Shown here: in pieces, positions 1 through 9,650 of the stretch
How the letters are laid out: the number at the start of each line of letters is the position of its first letter
Numbering within the stretch: the first letter of the stretch is position 1
Assembly: GCF_001194135.2 (NCBI RefSeq)
Contig: NC_068982.1
Location: 115,242,648-115,281,524 of the forward strand
Direction of reading: 5' to 3'
Source of the DNA: Octopus bimaculoides
Taxonomy: Eukaryota
Length of the DNA: 38,877 nt
The notes under the pieces: generated by a model
Database searches by the model: none
Seen by the model: the letters and a program-made list of their open reading frames with translations, nothing else
Told to the model about the DNA's origin: nothing
Translations under genes and position numbers: made by a program

Positions 1-626
1 GGGAAGCAAGCTTCTTTATTTCAATATTTTTGCCATAAAGGCATTACATAGAGGGGACACCTACAACACATGTGGGGACATATAACAATTAAAAATATAT
101 AAAACAAAATATGATATTATGAATGTCATGAAAATGAACATCAAAAACAAATTAAAATTATGATAAGATGTGTGATAGTTGAAAATGAAAATATGAAGAG
201 TGTGCTACTCACCCCACACTGAGCAACACCACTTGCTACCTCTGAGTCCTAATTTCCTTTTAGTCTCTGTTCAGTTCCGCTATCGCTCCTTGACTGCACT
301 CTCTCGTAACCTTTTTCACAGGGGGAGGGGTTTTCTAAATTTTGAGGTGTCTGCTCTGTTTTTTCCCTTTTTTTCCTGTGGGGAAATGAGGTGGGTGGGT
401 TTGGTGTCTGTATGGAGAGGGTGGTCTCGGGTGGGATGGAGTTGGACTGGGGGTACCACATCATACTCAGTGTTCTTTCTTTTTTTCTCTTCTCCCTTCT
501 ACTCTCTGTTACTCTCCATTCTTCCTCCTTCCCTCTGTCTGTCTTTTCTTCCTCTCTTTTCTCTTCTGTCTCCACAACTGTTTCCTCTGCTATTGTCCTC
601 TGTGTGTGTGTGTATATTATTCCTCA

Positions 627-915
627 TCATCATCATTTAATGTCCGTTGTCCAGATTAGTATGGGTTGGACCAAGGCTGGCAAGCTAGAAGGCTGCACCA
701 GGCTCCAGTCTGATTTGGATGCCCTTCCTAACACCAGCTACACTGAGAGTGTAATGGGTGGTTTTACGTGCCACTGGCATGGGTGTCATTTGCATGACAC
801 CAGTATCTGCCATGACTCTGATTTATTTGGCTTGATGGGTCTTCTCAAGCATGGTATAATGCCAAAGGTTTCGGTCATTCATCATTGCCTCCGTGAGGCC
901 CAATGTAATGCTTAG
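627..915 (-). mobile_element. RTE-type LINE 3' end (ORF C-terminus, 3' UTR and (GAT)n tail), 5'-truncated
   Basis: The minus strand encodes LGLTEAMMNDRNLWHYTMLEKTHQAK*, an RTE-like C-terminus. It runs directly into the repeat ...ttaggaagggcatcc...tccaacccat...ttaaatgatgatgatg that recurs about ten times in this window. Confidence 0.75.
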
Positions 916-1234
916 ACATGAACAATTGATACTAAAACACCAGTTTCCTTTTATTGTTTTACTGGAATCAGCCATTGGACACTGACCATGCTCGGGTACT
1001 ATCTTCAAGAGTTTTAGTTGATATTTACTCCATTGCTCATTTCAGTCGTGTTTATTTTAACAATCTCTTGATATAATTAGGCTACATTATTATTTTTATG
1101 TAAAATAACTAATATTTTTTTTATTTATTGGTGATATTAACTTGCTATTTATCACATAATTTGTACTTAAAGTTCCATTAACAATATAATAATTTTGAGT
1201 TTGATTTAAATATGAACACTAGTAAAGTGGTCTT

Positions 1235-1735
1235 AAAAGCATTTGTACAATGGCTTACTTTTGGCCAAATACTTTTCCTGCAGCTGTCTTACTAGGAAAA
1301 TGGCATCTGTGGTACTCTTCCCAGGTACAAAACCACACTGCATCTCATCTAGTTTATTTCTAATCAATTGAGCTATAACTATCTCTGTAACTTTCATGAC
1401 CTGGACCAACAGCTTGAAATCTCTGTAGTTGTTTCTATCTAATGTATCACCTTTACCCTTGTAGAAGCTAACTATAATACTGCTACACCAGTCACTGGGG
1501 ATAACACCTTCCTGAATAACCTAATTAACCAGTGACTAGGCTGTATCCCACACTGCTGGATATTTTAATCATCTCAGCAGTGATATTTGATTGCCCAGGA
1601 GCTTTCCTTGTCTTCAAATCCTTAATTGTCTTATCTATTATACTGCTATCAACTCTGATGGCTGGTCCCTCAATTGGTTCGATATTTAGTAGACTCTCCT
1701 TCTCCCATTCGTTTTCCACATTTAGTAACCTTTCA
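1235..1735 (-). mobile_element. RTE-type LINE reverse transcriptase N-terminal fragment (decayed)
   Basis: Minus-strand translation with a frameshift: ...KTRKAPGQSNITAEMIK... / IIQEGVIPSDWCSSIIVSFYKGKGDTLDRNNYRDFKLL... / DEMQCGFVPGKSTTDAIFLVRQLQEKY. These are canonical non-LTR RT domain 0-2 motifs. Confidence 0.9.
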
Positions 1736-2075
1736 TAGTGGCACTTCCATGCATCTTTCTTCTCTTTATATATATGTGGGTGTCACTACTGGTGATATCA
1801 TCAAATTTAGAATTTATCCACAGATGATATGAACAGTAATGACATCTAACTTCAAATCTCAGTGTTTGAATGTATATATATGTAGTGAAACTACCTCCCG
1901 CCATTAGATACAAACTACTATCGCCATTACATACAATCTTCTCATTTAAATATAAATAAATGCGAGCGTAGTAGAGAACCTATTCCTTGTCCATCACGTG
2001 ACTGATCATTATTCGAATCGGCAACTTCTTCGAACCGTTCCCGCCAGAACGCAAACTGACCAATCACGGCCCCTA

Positions 2076-2571
2076 NNNNNNNNNNNNNNNNNNNNNNNNN
2101 NNNNNNNNNNNNNNNNNNNNNNNNNNNNNNNNNNNNNNNNNNNNNNNNNNNNNNNNNNNNNNNNNNNNNNNNNNNNNNNNNNNNNNNNNNNNNNNNNNNN
2201 NNNNNNNNNNNNNNNNNNNNNNNNNNNNNNNNNNNNNNNNNNNNNNNNNNNNNNNNNNNNNNNNNNNNNNNNNNNNNNNNNNNNNNNNNNNNNNNNNNNN
2301 NNNNNNNNNNNNNNNNNNNNNNNNNNNNNNNNNNNNNNNNNNNNNNNNNNNNNNNNNNNNNNNNNNNNNNNNNNNNNNNNNNNNNNNNNNNNNNNNNNNN
2401 NNNNNNNNNNNNNNNNNNNNNNNNNNNNNNNNNNNNNNNNNNNNNNNNNNNNNNNNNNNNNNNNNNNNNNNNNNNNNNNNNNNNNNNNNNNNNNNNNNNN
2501 NNNNNNNNNNNNNNNNNNNNNNNNNNNNNNNNNNNNNNNNNNNNNNNNNNNNNNNNNNNNNNNNNNNNNNN
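2076..2571. other. Assembly gap (N run)
   Basis: N bases. Confidence 1.
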
Positions 2572-2818
2572 CACATTCACACTCTCACACAGACATACAT
2601 CTTTAACGCTACAATAAATATCTCTGTTATTCACCTAATACGGTTGTGGTCTTTCATTACTGGTCATCTATGTTATCGTCGCATAACATATCATATACAT
2701 CATCTTTGATATATATATTTGTATGTTCGACCGTGTGACACGTTTAAATAAAAGGAGTCCTGTTTTTCCATTCGTCACCATTTCTCCTTTTTGAGTTCGC
2801 ACAGTCGTCCCTTACAAT

Positions 2819-2833
2819 TGGTGACCCCGACGT
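2819..2833 (+). promoter_or_regulatory. Primer-binding site complementary to the tRNA-Trp 3' end (copy 1)
   Basis: TGGTGACCCCGACGT is the reverse complement of the conserved eukaryotic tRNA-Trp 3' end (...ACGUCGGGGUCACCA). It lies 2 nt after ...TTACA. Confidence 0.85.
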
Positions 2834-2850
2834 CGGTCGTCTCTTACAAT

Positions 2851-2865
2851 TGGTGACCCCGACGT
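2851..2865 (+). promoter_or_regulatory. Primer-binding site complementary to the tRNA-Trp 3' end (copy 2)
   Basis: Identical 15-mer exactly 32 bp downstream of copy 1, again 2 nt after TTACA. Confidence 0.85.
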
Positions 2866-3417
2866 TGGTCGTCCCTTACATATATATATGGATGAAAAGT
2901 GGTTAGGAGTCCATACAAATCAAAAATTATAGTTAAAAAAGTAAATAAAGTTGGAAAAGGCACAGAAGTATATTTTAGAGAATGTTTAATAAAATATAAC
3001 CAGTTTCAATGTATCCATCTTTTCAAATATTAGAAATATTAGAAAGAATTTTGTGGGGAGTCAGAGAGAAAAAACATTTTTAGGGGATTTAACAATTTAA
3101 ACCCTGAACAAGTTATCGAACTCCCAGTTGTTATTTATGGTATAAGTCTCTAATTTGTCTACCCTGCACTTATATGCATCAATTAGGGCTTCTCTAGACT
3201 TATGCCTAACTGCAGGTTTTTCTTAGTTTCCATGTTTTTCTTTTCTATATCATCTTTTATCACTGAGTCTATGGACTTCTTTTAACTTCTGTCTACCAAA
3301 TCTACTCACAAAGCTTTGGTTAATTTGGGGCCATAGTAGAAGACACTTCTCTAACATGCCACATAATGTGACTGAACTAGAAACCACATAGCAGAAAGGC
3401 AAACTTCTTAATGACAA

Positions 3418-3605
3418 TATATGCTTTATTATTATTAAAGATGCAAAAATATCACAAAATATCACACTCAGAGTTTTACGTTCCTGTTTGTCGGACAGTT
3501 TACATTCTCAATCTAAACTCCGATGAGCGGGAATGTGAAACTCTGAGTAGCAGTTTTTTGTGATATTTTTTTGATGTTTTTGCAGCTTTAATAATAAAGC
3601 ATATT
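3418..3605. repeat. Long palindromic (fold-back / MITE-like) element
   Basis: Outer arms atatgctttattattattaaagatgcaaaaa... and ...tttttgcagctttaataataaagcatat. The core arms 3466-3502 and 3514-3548 pair around an 11-nt loop. Confidence 0.8.
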
Positions 3606-3674
3606 ATTCTACCCCCAGTATTCAAATATTGTATTTTCCCACCTTGTTTCACATTTCTATGTGCTTACTTTGGT

Positions 3675-4369
3675 NNNNNNNNNNNNNNNNNNNNNNNNNN
3701 NNNNNNNNNNNNNNNNNNNNNNNNNNNNNNNNNNNNNNNNNNNNNNNNNNNNNNNNNNNNNNNNNNNNNNNNNNNNNNNNNNNNNNNNNNNNNNNNNNNN
3801 NNNNNNNNNNNNNNNNNNNNNNNNNNNNNNNNNNNNNNNNNNNNNNNNNNNNNNNNNNNNNNNNNNNNNNNNNNNNNNNNNNNNNNNNNNNNNNNNNNNN
3901 NNNNNNNNNNNNNNNNNNNNNNNNNNNNNNNNNNNNNNNNNNNNNNNNNNNNNNNNNNNNNNNNNNNNNNNNNNNNNNNNNNNNNNNNNNNNNNNNNNNN
4001 NNNNNNNNNNNNNNNNNNNNNNNNNNNNNNNNNNNNNNNNNNNNNNNNNNNNNNNNNNNNNNNNNNNNNNNNNNNNNNNNNNNNNNNNNNNNNNNNNNNN
4101 NNNNNNNNNNNNNNNNNNNNNNNNNNNNNNNNNNNNNNNNNNNNNNNNNNNNNNNNNNNNNNNNNNNNNNNNNNNNNNNNNNNNNNNNNNNNNNNNNNNN
4201 NNNNNNNNNNNNNNNNNNNNNNNNNNNNNNNNNNNNNNNNNNNNNNNNNNNNNNNNNNNNNNNNNNNNNNNNNNNNNNNNNNNNNNNNNNNNNNNNNNNN
4301 NNNNNNNNNNNNNNNNNNNNNNNNNNNNNNNNNNNNNNNNNNNNNNNNNNNNNNNNNNNNNNNNNNNNN
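3675..4369. other. Assembly gap (N run)
   Basis: N bases. Confidence 1.
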
Positions 4370-4384
4370 ATATTCACACACATA

Positions 4385-4462
4385 TATTTATATACATACA
4401 TATGTATGTATGTATGTGTGTGTATGTATGTGTGTATGTATGTATGTACATATGTATGTATG
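4385..4462. repeat. (TATG)n/(TA)n microsatellite
   Basis: Direct reading. Confidence 0.9.
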
Positions 4463-4689
4463 TAATTTAAATGTTTTACTAAAAATAGCTGATGCAGTTA
4501 CGATATTTAAAGATTTTATGATTAACTACTTAAAAAATTTATTTCAAAAAATAGAATGTCATAAACCATTGGGAAGAAGTTTTTGTAGAGATGTGTATTT
4601 TGTGGGTAAGCACTTTCATTCTTCAACTTTTCCAACACACATGTTCTGGGCTAATGCATATAGAAGTTGTTTTAAGTAATGGTGTTGAC

Positions 4690-5740
4690 TATTTTGAGTT
4701 TAGATTTGGATTGAGTTTAGAATGCTTATAAAGTGTTCTTCTTTTGCCTTTCATTCTTGATCAGTTTCATTTCTTATTTTGTAAATAGGGAATATTTTGA
4801 ATTTTTCATTTTCATAAATGTCTAGATGTTTACTACATGGAACATTTTTTAGAGATGAATCTTTAATTTGCTGTTTGTGCACACTCACATTGTTGGTTAG
4901 TTTTGTTCCTATTTCTCCAATGTAATTCTCATTTCATTGTGGGCATGTGAGGCAATAAATGAGATTTTTTTATTTTGCAATTCATGTTTGCATTCACTTT
5001 AAATAATTTCTCATTCTAGAATATTTCGGTTACTCCTTGTTCAATTATTCCACATGTTCTACTACAAAGTCTCTACAGTTCATTATCTGCATTATTTCTT
5101 TCCCTGAGTAGAATGTTGCCTTTGTTAGGAGTCTTTTGAAATTTGGTAGTTGTCTTCAACCATTGATGATTTATGACTCTTCAATTATTTGTTGCAGATT
5201 CGATAAATACAATGTAGAATTGGGAGGTATTGTTTGGCCAAATATAGGATGTTGTGGTTCCTAGGATTATGAGTGATTACAAATGGGATATTTATATTTG
5301 TATATTTGATTTCACCCTCAGTTGGAATGTTTCTTCATAAGGCTGATATTGAGATTTCTTTTGCTTTGGTTATAGCATGATTTATTGGGTTTTTCAGGTA
5401 TTTGTATTTTTGAAGGAAAATGTTCAGTTTTACCAGTTATTTCACATATCTGTTTGTTTTGTAACTATTGAGCATATACATCTTGCCCTATTGAATGGTA
5501 TGTTCCCTTTTGTGTGGGAAGAGTGACAAGATCTAAACTTTAAATATTGGTGTGTGTCTGTATCTTTGCAGTAGAGATCAGTTGTAACTGACTCCTTTTC
5601 TTTAATTATCAAAATGTCTAGGAAAGGAAGTTCCCTTTCATTTATTTCCAAAATAAACTGGATTGATTCATGAAGGCTATTTATTGATTTAAGGAGTTTG
5701 CAAGGTCCTCCTTACTTTTGTTCTGAAAGTGAGGAGGCCT
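4690..5740 (-). mobile_element. Penelope-like element fragment 1 (RT thumb plus GIY-YIG endonuclease), decayed
   Basis: Minus strand: LLKSINSLHESIQFILEINERELPFLDILI...TTDLYCKDTDTHQYLKFRSCHSSHTKGNIPFNRARCICSIV, then NLIYCLTCPQ*NENYIGEIG (GIY-YIG motif). Many stops. Confidence 0.85.
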
Positions 5741-6469
5741 TTTTGTAGTCACTCTTAATCCTAACAATGCCTCCCAATTCTGCATCAACCACCCCTTCCA
5801 CATCTTCTCCACCACAGCTCTTTCTCTGCTTCCAATATCTCTTTTCTCTCTAGCTATCTAGAACCATCTCATTTGTTAGCCCTTCTTCATCTATTAATAT
5901 TGTTCTCCACACCCATGTGTTACAGTGGCCATCACATCCGCACCCTCTCTGGACCACTAAATTATTTCACTTCAAGCACTCTGCCTGTCTATCTCTCTAC
6001 TCCACTCATGCAGCCTATCCAAACACATCATCTCTTTTCTCCCTCTGTCAACAGTATCACCATTACTAACCTGCTGCTAGCATACCTCTAAGAGCCCCCC
6101 AATTCATGCACATCCCTCCCCTCACCCCTTTTCAATCTTTACAGATGTTGCCTACCTACTTCCCTCTTTATCACTTCCGCTATCTTTTCACCCACACACT
6201 CTTACACCTCCTACTCCTCCTCCTACCCGAGATGCCACCCGAACACTTCATCACCACTATCTATCTTTTTGGAGGTACCATCTATTCATTCTCACTTACT
6301 CTCTCTCCCTCTCTCTCTTAAATATTATCAACCATGTAGCTCCCCTATGAGAACCAACCCTACCTCAACCTCTTCCCTCATAACTTAACCCTCATCTACC
6401 AAAAGGACACAACATCCCATCTTTTCAGGCTTTGTAGGCTTGCAAGCCACATGATGGCTTCAATAGTGT

Positions 6470-6682
6470 TGGTTGCATAAAAATAAAAGGCACCCAGTAT
6501 ACACTGTAATGTGGTTGGGTATTAGGAAGGGCATCCAACCACAGAAACAATGCTAAAGCAGACAATGGAGCACAATGTAGTCCTTGGACTCATTGGATCC
6601 TTGTCAAACTCTCCAACCCATGCTAGCATGGAATGTGGAAGTTAAATGATGATGAAGATGACAACGATGATGATAATGATGG
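6470..6682 (+). mobile_element. RTE 3' UTR copy with (GAT)n-like tail
   Basis: Contains taaaaggcaccc...ggaagggcatcc...ccaacccatgctagcatgg...ttaaatgatgatg. Confidence 0.7.
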
Positions 6683-7065
6683 TAATATATAGACATGCAT
6701 ATGTGTTTGTGTGTGTGTTTGTGTCCACCTTTCTCCCTCTAAGTCATATAAAAAAAATTAAATAAAACTGAAAGAGTTAACGCACTATACCAGAGTTTAT
6801 GGATATTTAAAAAGGAAAAAGAGAATTAGTGAATTTAGTATTACTTTCGGTAGTGACTTACAAAAGTGAAGAGAGTGTTGGAAGATTTTGATACCACTCT
6901 GCTGGGAGTCTGGTCTGGTGGTCTGGATGCTTGCAATAGTGTGAATTCTGCTAAAGTTACCCATGGTAAAATGCAGAAAAATAATAAATAATTTGAAAAA
7001 AAAAACCCCCCAAAAAACCAAAAAAAAAAAACCACTGCACAATCAAATGTATTCAAATAATTGGG

Positions 7066-7071
7066 TTTATT
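7066..7071 (-). terminator. Putative polyadenylation signal of the CCDC181-like gene
   Basis: Minus-strand AATAAA about 150 nt after the stop codon. About 25-35 nt further on is a GU/U-rich tract (gtggttttttttttttggtttttt), the expected downstream element. Confidence 0.55.
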
Positions 7072-7170
7072 TAATTTTTAAAATGTATATGGAAATAAAA
7101 ATCTATTTCTAATACTGCCTTGAAAATAATGAAAAATTGAATATAAAGAATGTTCTAGATTTTTAGATGA

Positions 7171-7230
7171 CTCAATTCAATTCAACTCAGTTCAACTCCA
7201 CTCCATTCAACTCAGTTCAGCTCATTTCAG
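7171..7230. repeat. Degenerate pentanucleotide repeat (AATTC/AACTC/CACTC) overlapping the stop codon
   Basis: ctcaattcaattcaactcagttcaactccactccattcaactcagttcagctcatttcag. Confidence 0.7.
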
Positions 7231-7402
7231 TTTTAAAGCTGCATTTCTTGGCTCTTTATACCGAAAAGAATTATTTAAGCAGAGATTCCATGTCATGTTC
7301 TTAATCAATCTGGAACGATGTAACAAACGCTGATGAAACCAATTTTTCTGTTTTTTTAAGTATTTCTGTTTCTTTTTCTCAAGATATTTGCTTTCCAGCC
7401 AC
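7222..7402 (-). CDS. CCDC181: CCDC181-like protein, last coding exon (not in ORF track)
   Basis: Acceptor ttataattattcag|G; phase 2 matches the previous exon (AG|G = Arg). Encodes WLESKYLEKKKQKYLKKQKNWFHQRLLHRSRLIKNMTWNLCLNNSFRYKEPRNAALKLK*. WL follows AYQR and there is a late FRY motif, like the remembered CCDC181 C-terminus (AFKQWL...FRF). Confidence 0.85.
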
Positions 7403-7489
7403 CTGAATAATTATAAAGACATCTCATGGTAAAGAAGAAAGACAATGGAATAATAGAGTAGGAGGTAGGTGTTAAGTAATTCTACAGGT

Positions 7490-7850
7490 ATGGCTGTGTG
7501 GTTAAGAAGCTTGCTTTGCAACTACTTGGTTTTGGGTTCAGCCCCACTGTAAGACACTCTGGGCAAAGATCTTCTGATATAACCCTAATCCAACCAATGA
7601 CTTTGCGAACTGGTTGACAGAAACAGTGTGGAAGTCTGTTATGGCTGTGTGGAAGTCTGTCACGGCTGTGTGGAAGTCTGTCATGGCTGTGTGGTAAGAA
7701 GCTTGCTTCCCAACCACATGATTCCAGCTTCAGTCCCACTGTGTGGCACTTTGGGCAAGTATCTTGTACTATAACCTTGGGCTGACCAAAGCCTTGTGAG
7801 TGGATTTGGTAGACAGAAACTGAAAGAAGCCCATTGTGTGTGCGTGCGCG
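7490..7850 (+). mobile_element. Head-to-tail dimer of a tRNA-derived SINE joined by three 21-bp repeats
   Basis: Two copies of ggctgtgtggt(t)aagaagcttgctt...gggcaag...ccaa...tgg(t)..acagaaac, separated by (gtgtggaagtctgtcatggct)x3 at 7626-7688. Confidence 0.7.
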
Positions 7851-8498
7851 TACACATGTACTACTGCTGCCTGTAAAAGCAGAGAGCTGTCTGCAGCTGC
7901 CTTCTAGTCTTTAAGCAACCAGACTGTCAGTTTTGGAGAATTCTTGATTCATGAGATTATCTCCCCTTCTCATTTAGAGTTAGCAACAACTGCCATCAAA
8001 TGATTGATCTACTCTCTCTGGAAGCAAAGATAATTTCAATAAAGAATTTATCTTGTATATTATTTAATATATTCTTCTTTGTTTTTCTAGCACATGCCAC
8101 TAGCCACACTGAATTATGTGGCTTAGCTTATTTTCATATAATTTATGCAAATTGTTTAAGCTTTAAATATATTCTACTCTTTTCTGTATATGTCTAAGTG
8201 TCTCTTCTGCTGAACATAAGGCAGGGCAATTGCTGTGCTGAATATGCTTATTGAGGCAGAAATATATGTCCACAGTTGTTCTCTTGTCTTTAGACAAAAC
8301 AACAAAGAGAAGATTGTCTTTTCCTTAATAACGTCAATTTTAGAGAATCTTTGATTCTTGAAGTTATCCCCCTTGTCATTTAGTACTGGTACCAAATGAC
8401 ACCAAGCAGTTGACCTACTTTCTCTAGAGGTGGAAATAATTTCAAATATTTTTCAATAAATCAAACTACATCTTGTATGTTATCTGATGTATATATAA

Positions 8499-8543
<45 letters not shown>

Positions 8544-9069
8544 NNNNNNNNNNNNNNNNNNNNNNNNNNNNNNNNNNNNNNNNNNNNNNNNNNNNNNNNN
8601 NNNNNNNNNNNNNNNNNNNNNNNNNNNNNNNNNNNNNNNNNNNNNNNNNNNNNNNNNNNNNNNNNNNNNNNNNNNNNNNNNNNNNNNNNNNNNNNNNNNN
8701 NNNNNNNNNNNNNNNNNNNNNNNNNNNNNNNNNNNNNNNNNNNNNNNNNNNNNNNNNNNNNNNNNNNNNNNNNNNNNNNNNNNNNNNNNNNNNNNNNNNN
8801 NNNNNNNNNNNNNNNNNNNNNNNNNNNNNNNNNNNNNNNNNNNNNNNNNNNNNNNNNNNNNNNNNNNNNNNNNNNNNNNNNNNNNNNNNNNNNNNNNNNN
8901 NNNNNNNNNNNNNNNNNNNNNNNNNNNNNNNNNNNNNNNNNNNNNNNNNNNNNNNNNNNNNNNNNNNNNNNNNNNNNNNNNNNNNNNNNNNNNNNNNNNN
9001 NNNNNNNNNNNNNNNNNNNNNNNNNNNNNNNNNNNNNNNNNNNNNNNNNNNNNNNNNNNNNNNNNNNNN
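8544..9069. other. Assembly gap (N run) flanked by (TA)n
   Basis: N bases with TA microsatellite on both sides. Confidence 1.
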
Positions 9070-9094
9070 TATATATATATATATATATATATAT

Positions 9095-9650
9095 TTGTGG
9101 AAACTAGGGATAGATGAGTGGTTGGCAAGAGCTGTACAAGCCATGTATGCTGTCAGTAAGGTGAGTGCTGGCAACGAGTATAGCAAAGAATTCAGAGTAC
9201 AAGTAGGGATTCACCAATGGTCAATCCTCAGCTCCTCTTCTTCATCATAATCCAGGCAATAACAGAAGAATTTAAGACTGGCTGCCCTTGGGAGCTCCTC
9301 TATGCTGATGACCTTGTTTTTGTAGCTGAATCACTACTAGAACTAGAGAAGTTCCAGGTGTGGAAGCAAGGTCTAGAATTGAAGGGTGTTAGAGTTAACC
9401 AAGCAAAAACCAAAGTCTTAGTAAGTAGGAAGGCAAACAAATCACAAATCCCTTCAAGTAGTTGTCCCTACTTGATCTGTAGAACAGGTATAGGTAAAAA
9501 CTCCATAAGATGTACCTGGTGAAAGCTATAGACACATAAGAGGTGCAACAATATCAGAGGAAGATTAACAGGGAAAATAGTTTTTGTGTGTGAAAGGTGC
9601 ACAGGTACAATTAATAAATGGACTAAAAATGTACAGAAAATAGATTCCAT
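9095..9650 (+). mobile_element. RTE-type LINE RT core fragment with downstream Cys-rich segment
   Basis: LWKLGIDEWLARAVQAMY...EFRVQVGIHQWSILS / IIIQAITEEFKTGCPWELLYADDLVFVAES...VNQAKTKVL, then CPYLIC...NSIRCTW*KL*THKRC...FVCERC. YADD motif present; frameshift and stops. Confidence 0.9.

Larger units (their letters stand above)
1881..2880 (+). mobile_element. Solo LTR of an LTR retrotransposon (Gypsy-like by inference), with a duplicated LTR-end/PBS tail; interrupted by an assembly gap
   Basis: Starts TGTAGT and ends CTTACA (TG...CA), flanked on both sides by TATA, a possible TSD within a TA tract. It is CpG-rich relative to its flanks, has a CCAAT-like tgaccaatca and AATAAA motifs, and its end adjoins tRNA-Trp PBS sequences. 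Confidence 0.75.

Noticed and set aside
200-640. 146-aa and 108-aa ORFs near the window start
   Set aside because: They come from CT/GA-biased low-complexity sequence and have no domain or splice support.
2804-2880. CRISPR-like appearance of the 32-bp repeats (also the 62-bp and 24-bp arrays)
   Set aside because: These are contiguous tandem units without unique spacers, in eukaryotic DNA, with no cas genes.
3518-3548. Hammerhead ribozyme-like core CCGATGA…GAAA
   Set aside because: U4 is replaced by C and stem I cannot form next to the would-be cleavage triplet; the long hairpin is the better fold.
6797-7056. Exon-like segment on the minus strand (…tttag|cag…TTT T|gtaagt) and its ORFs
   Set aside because: It lies downstream of the CCDC181 stop and poly(A) signal, and the peptide lacks the expected WL motif. 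The 7402-7222 exon fits far better.
1942-9250. Long ORFs (166-278 aa) spanning N runs, also at 30906-31544
   Set aside because: They are open only because N codons contain no stops.
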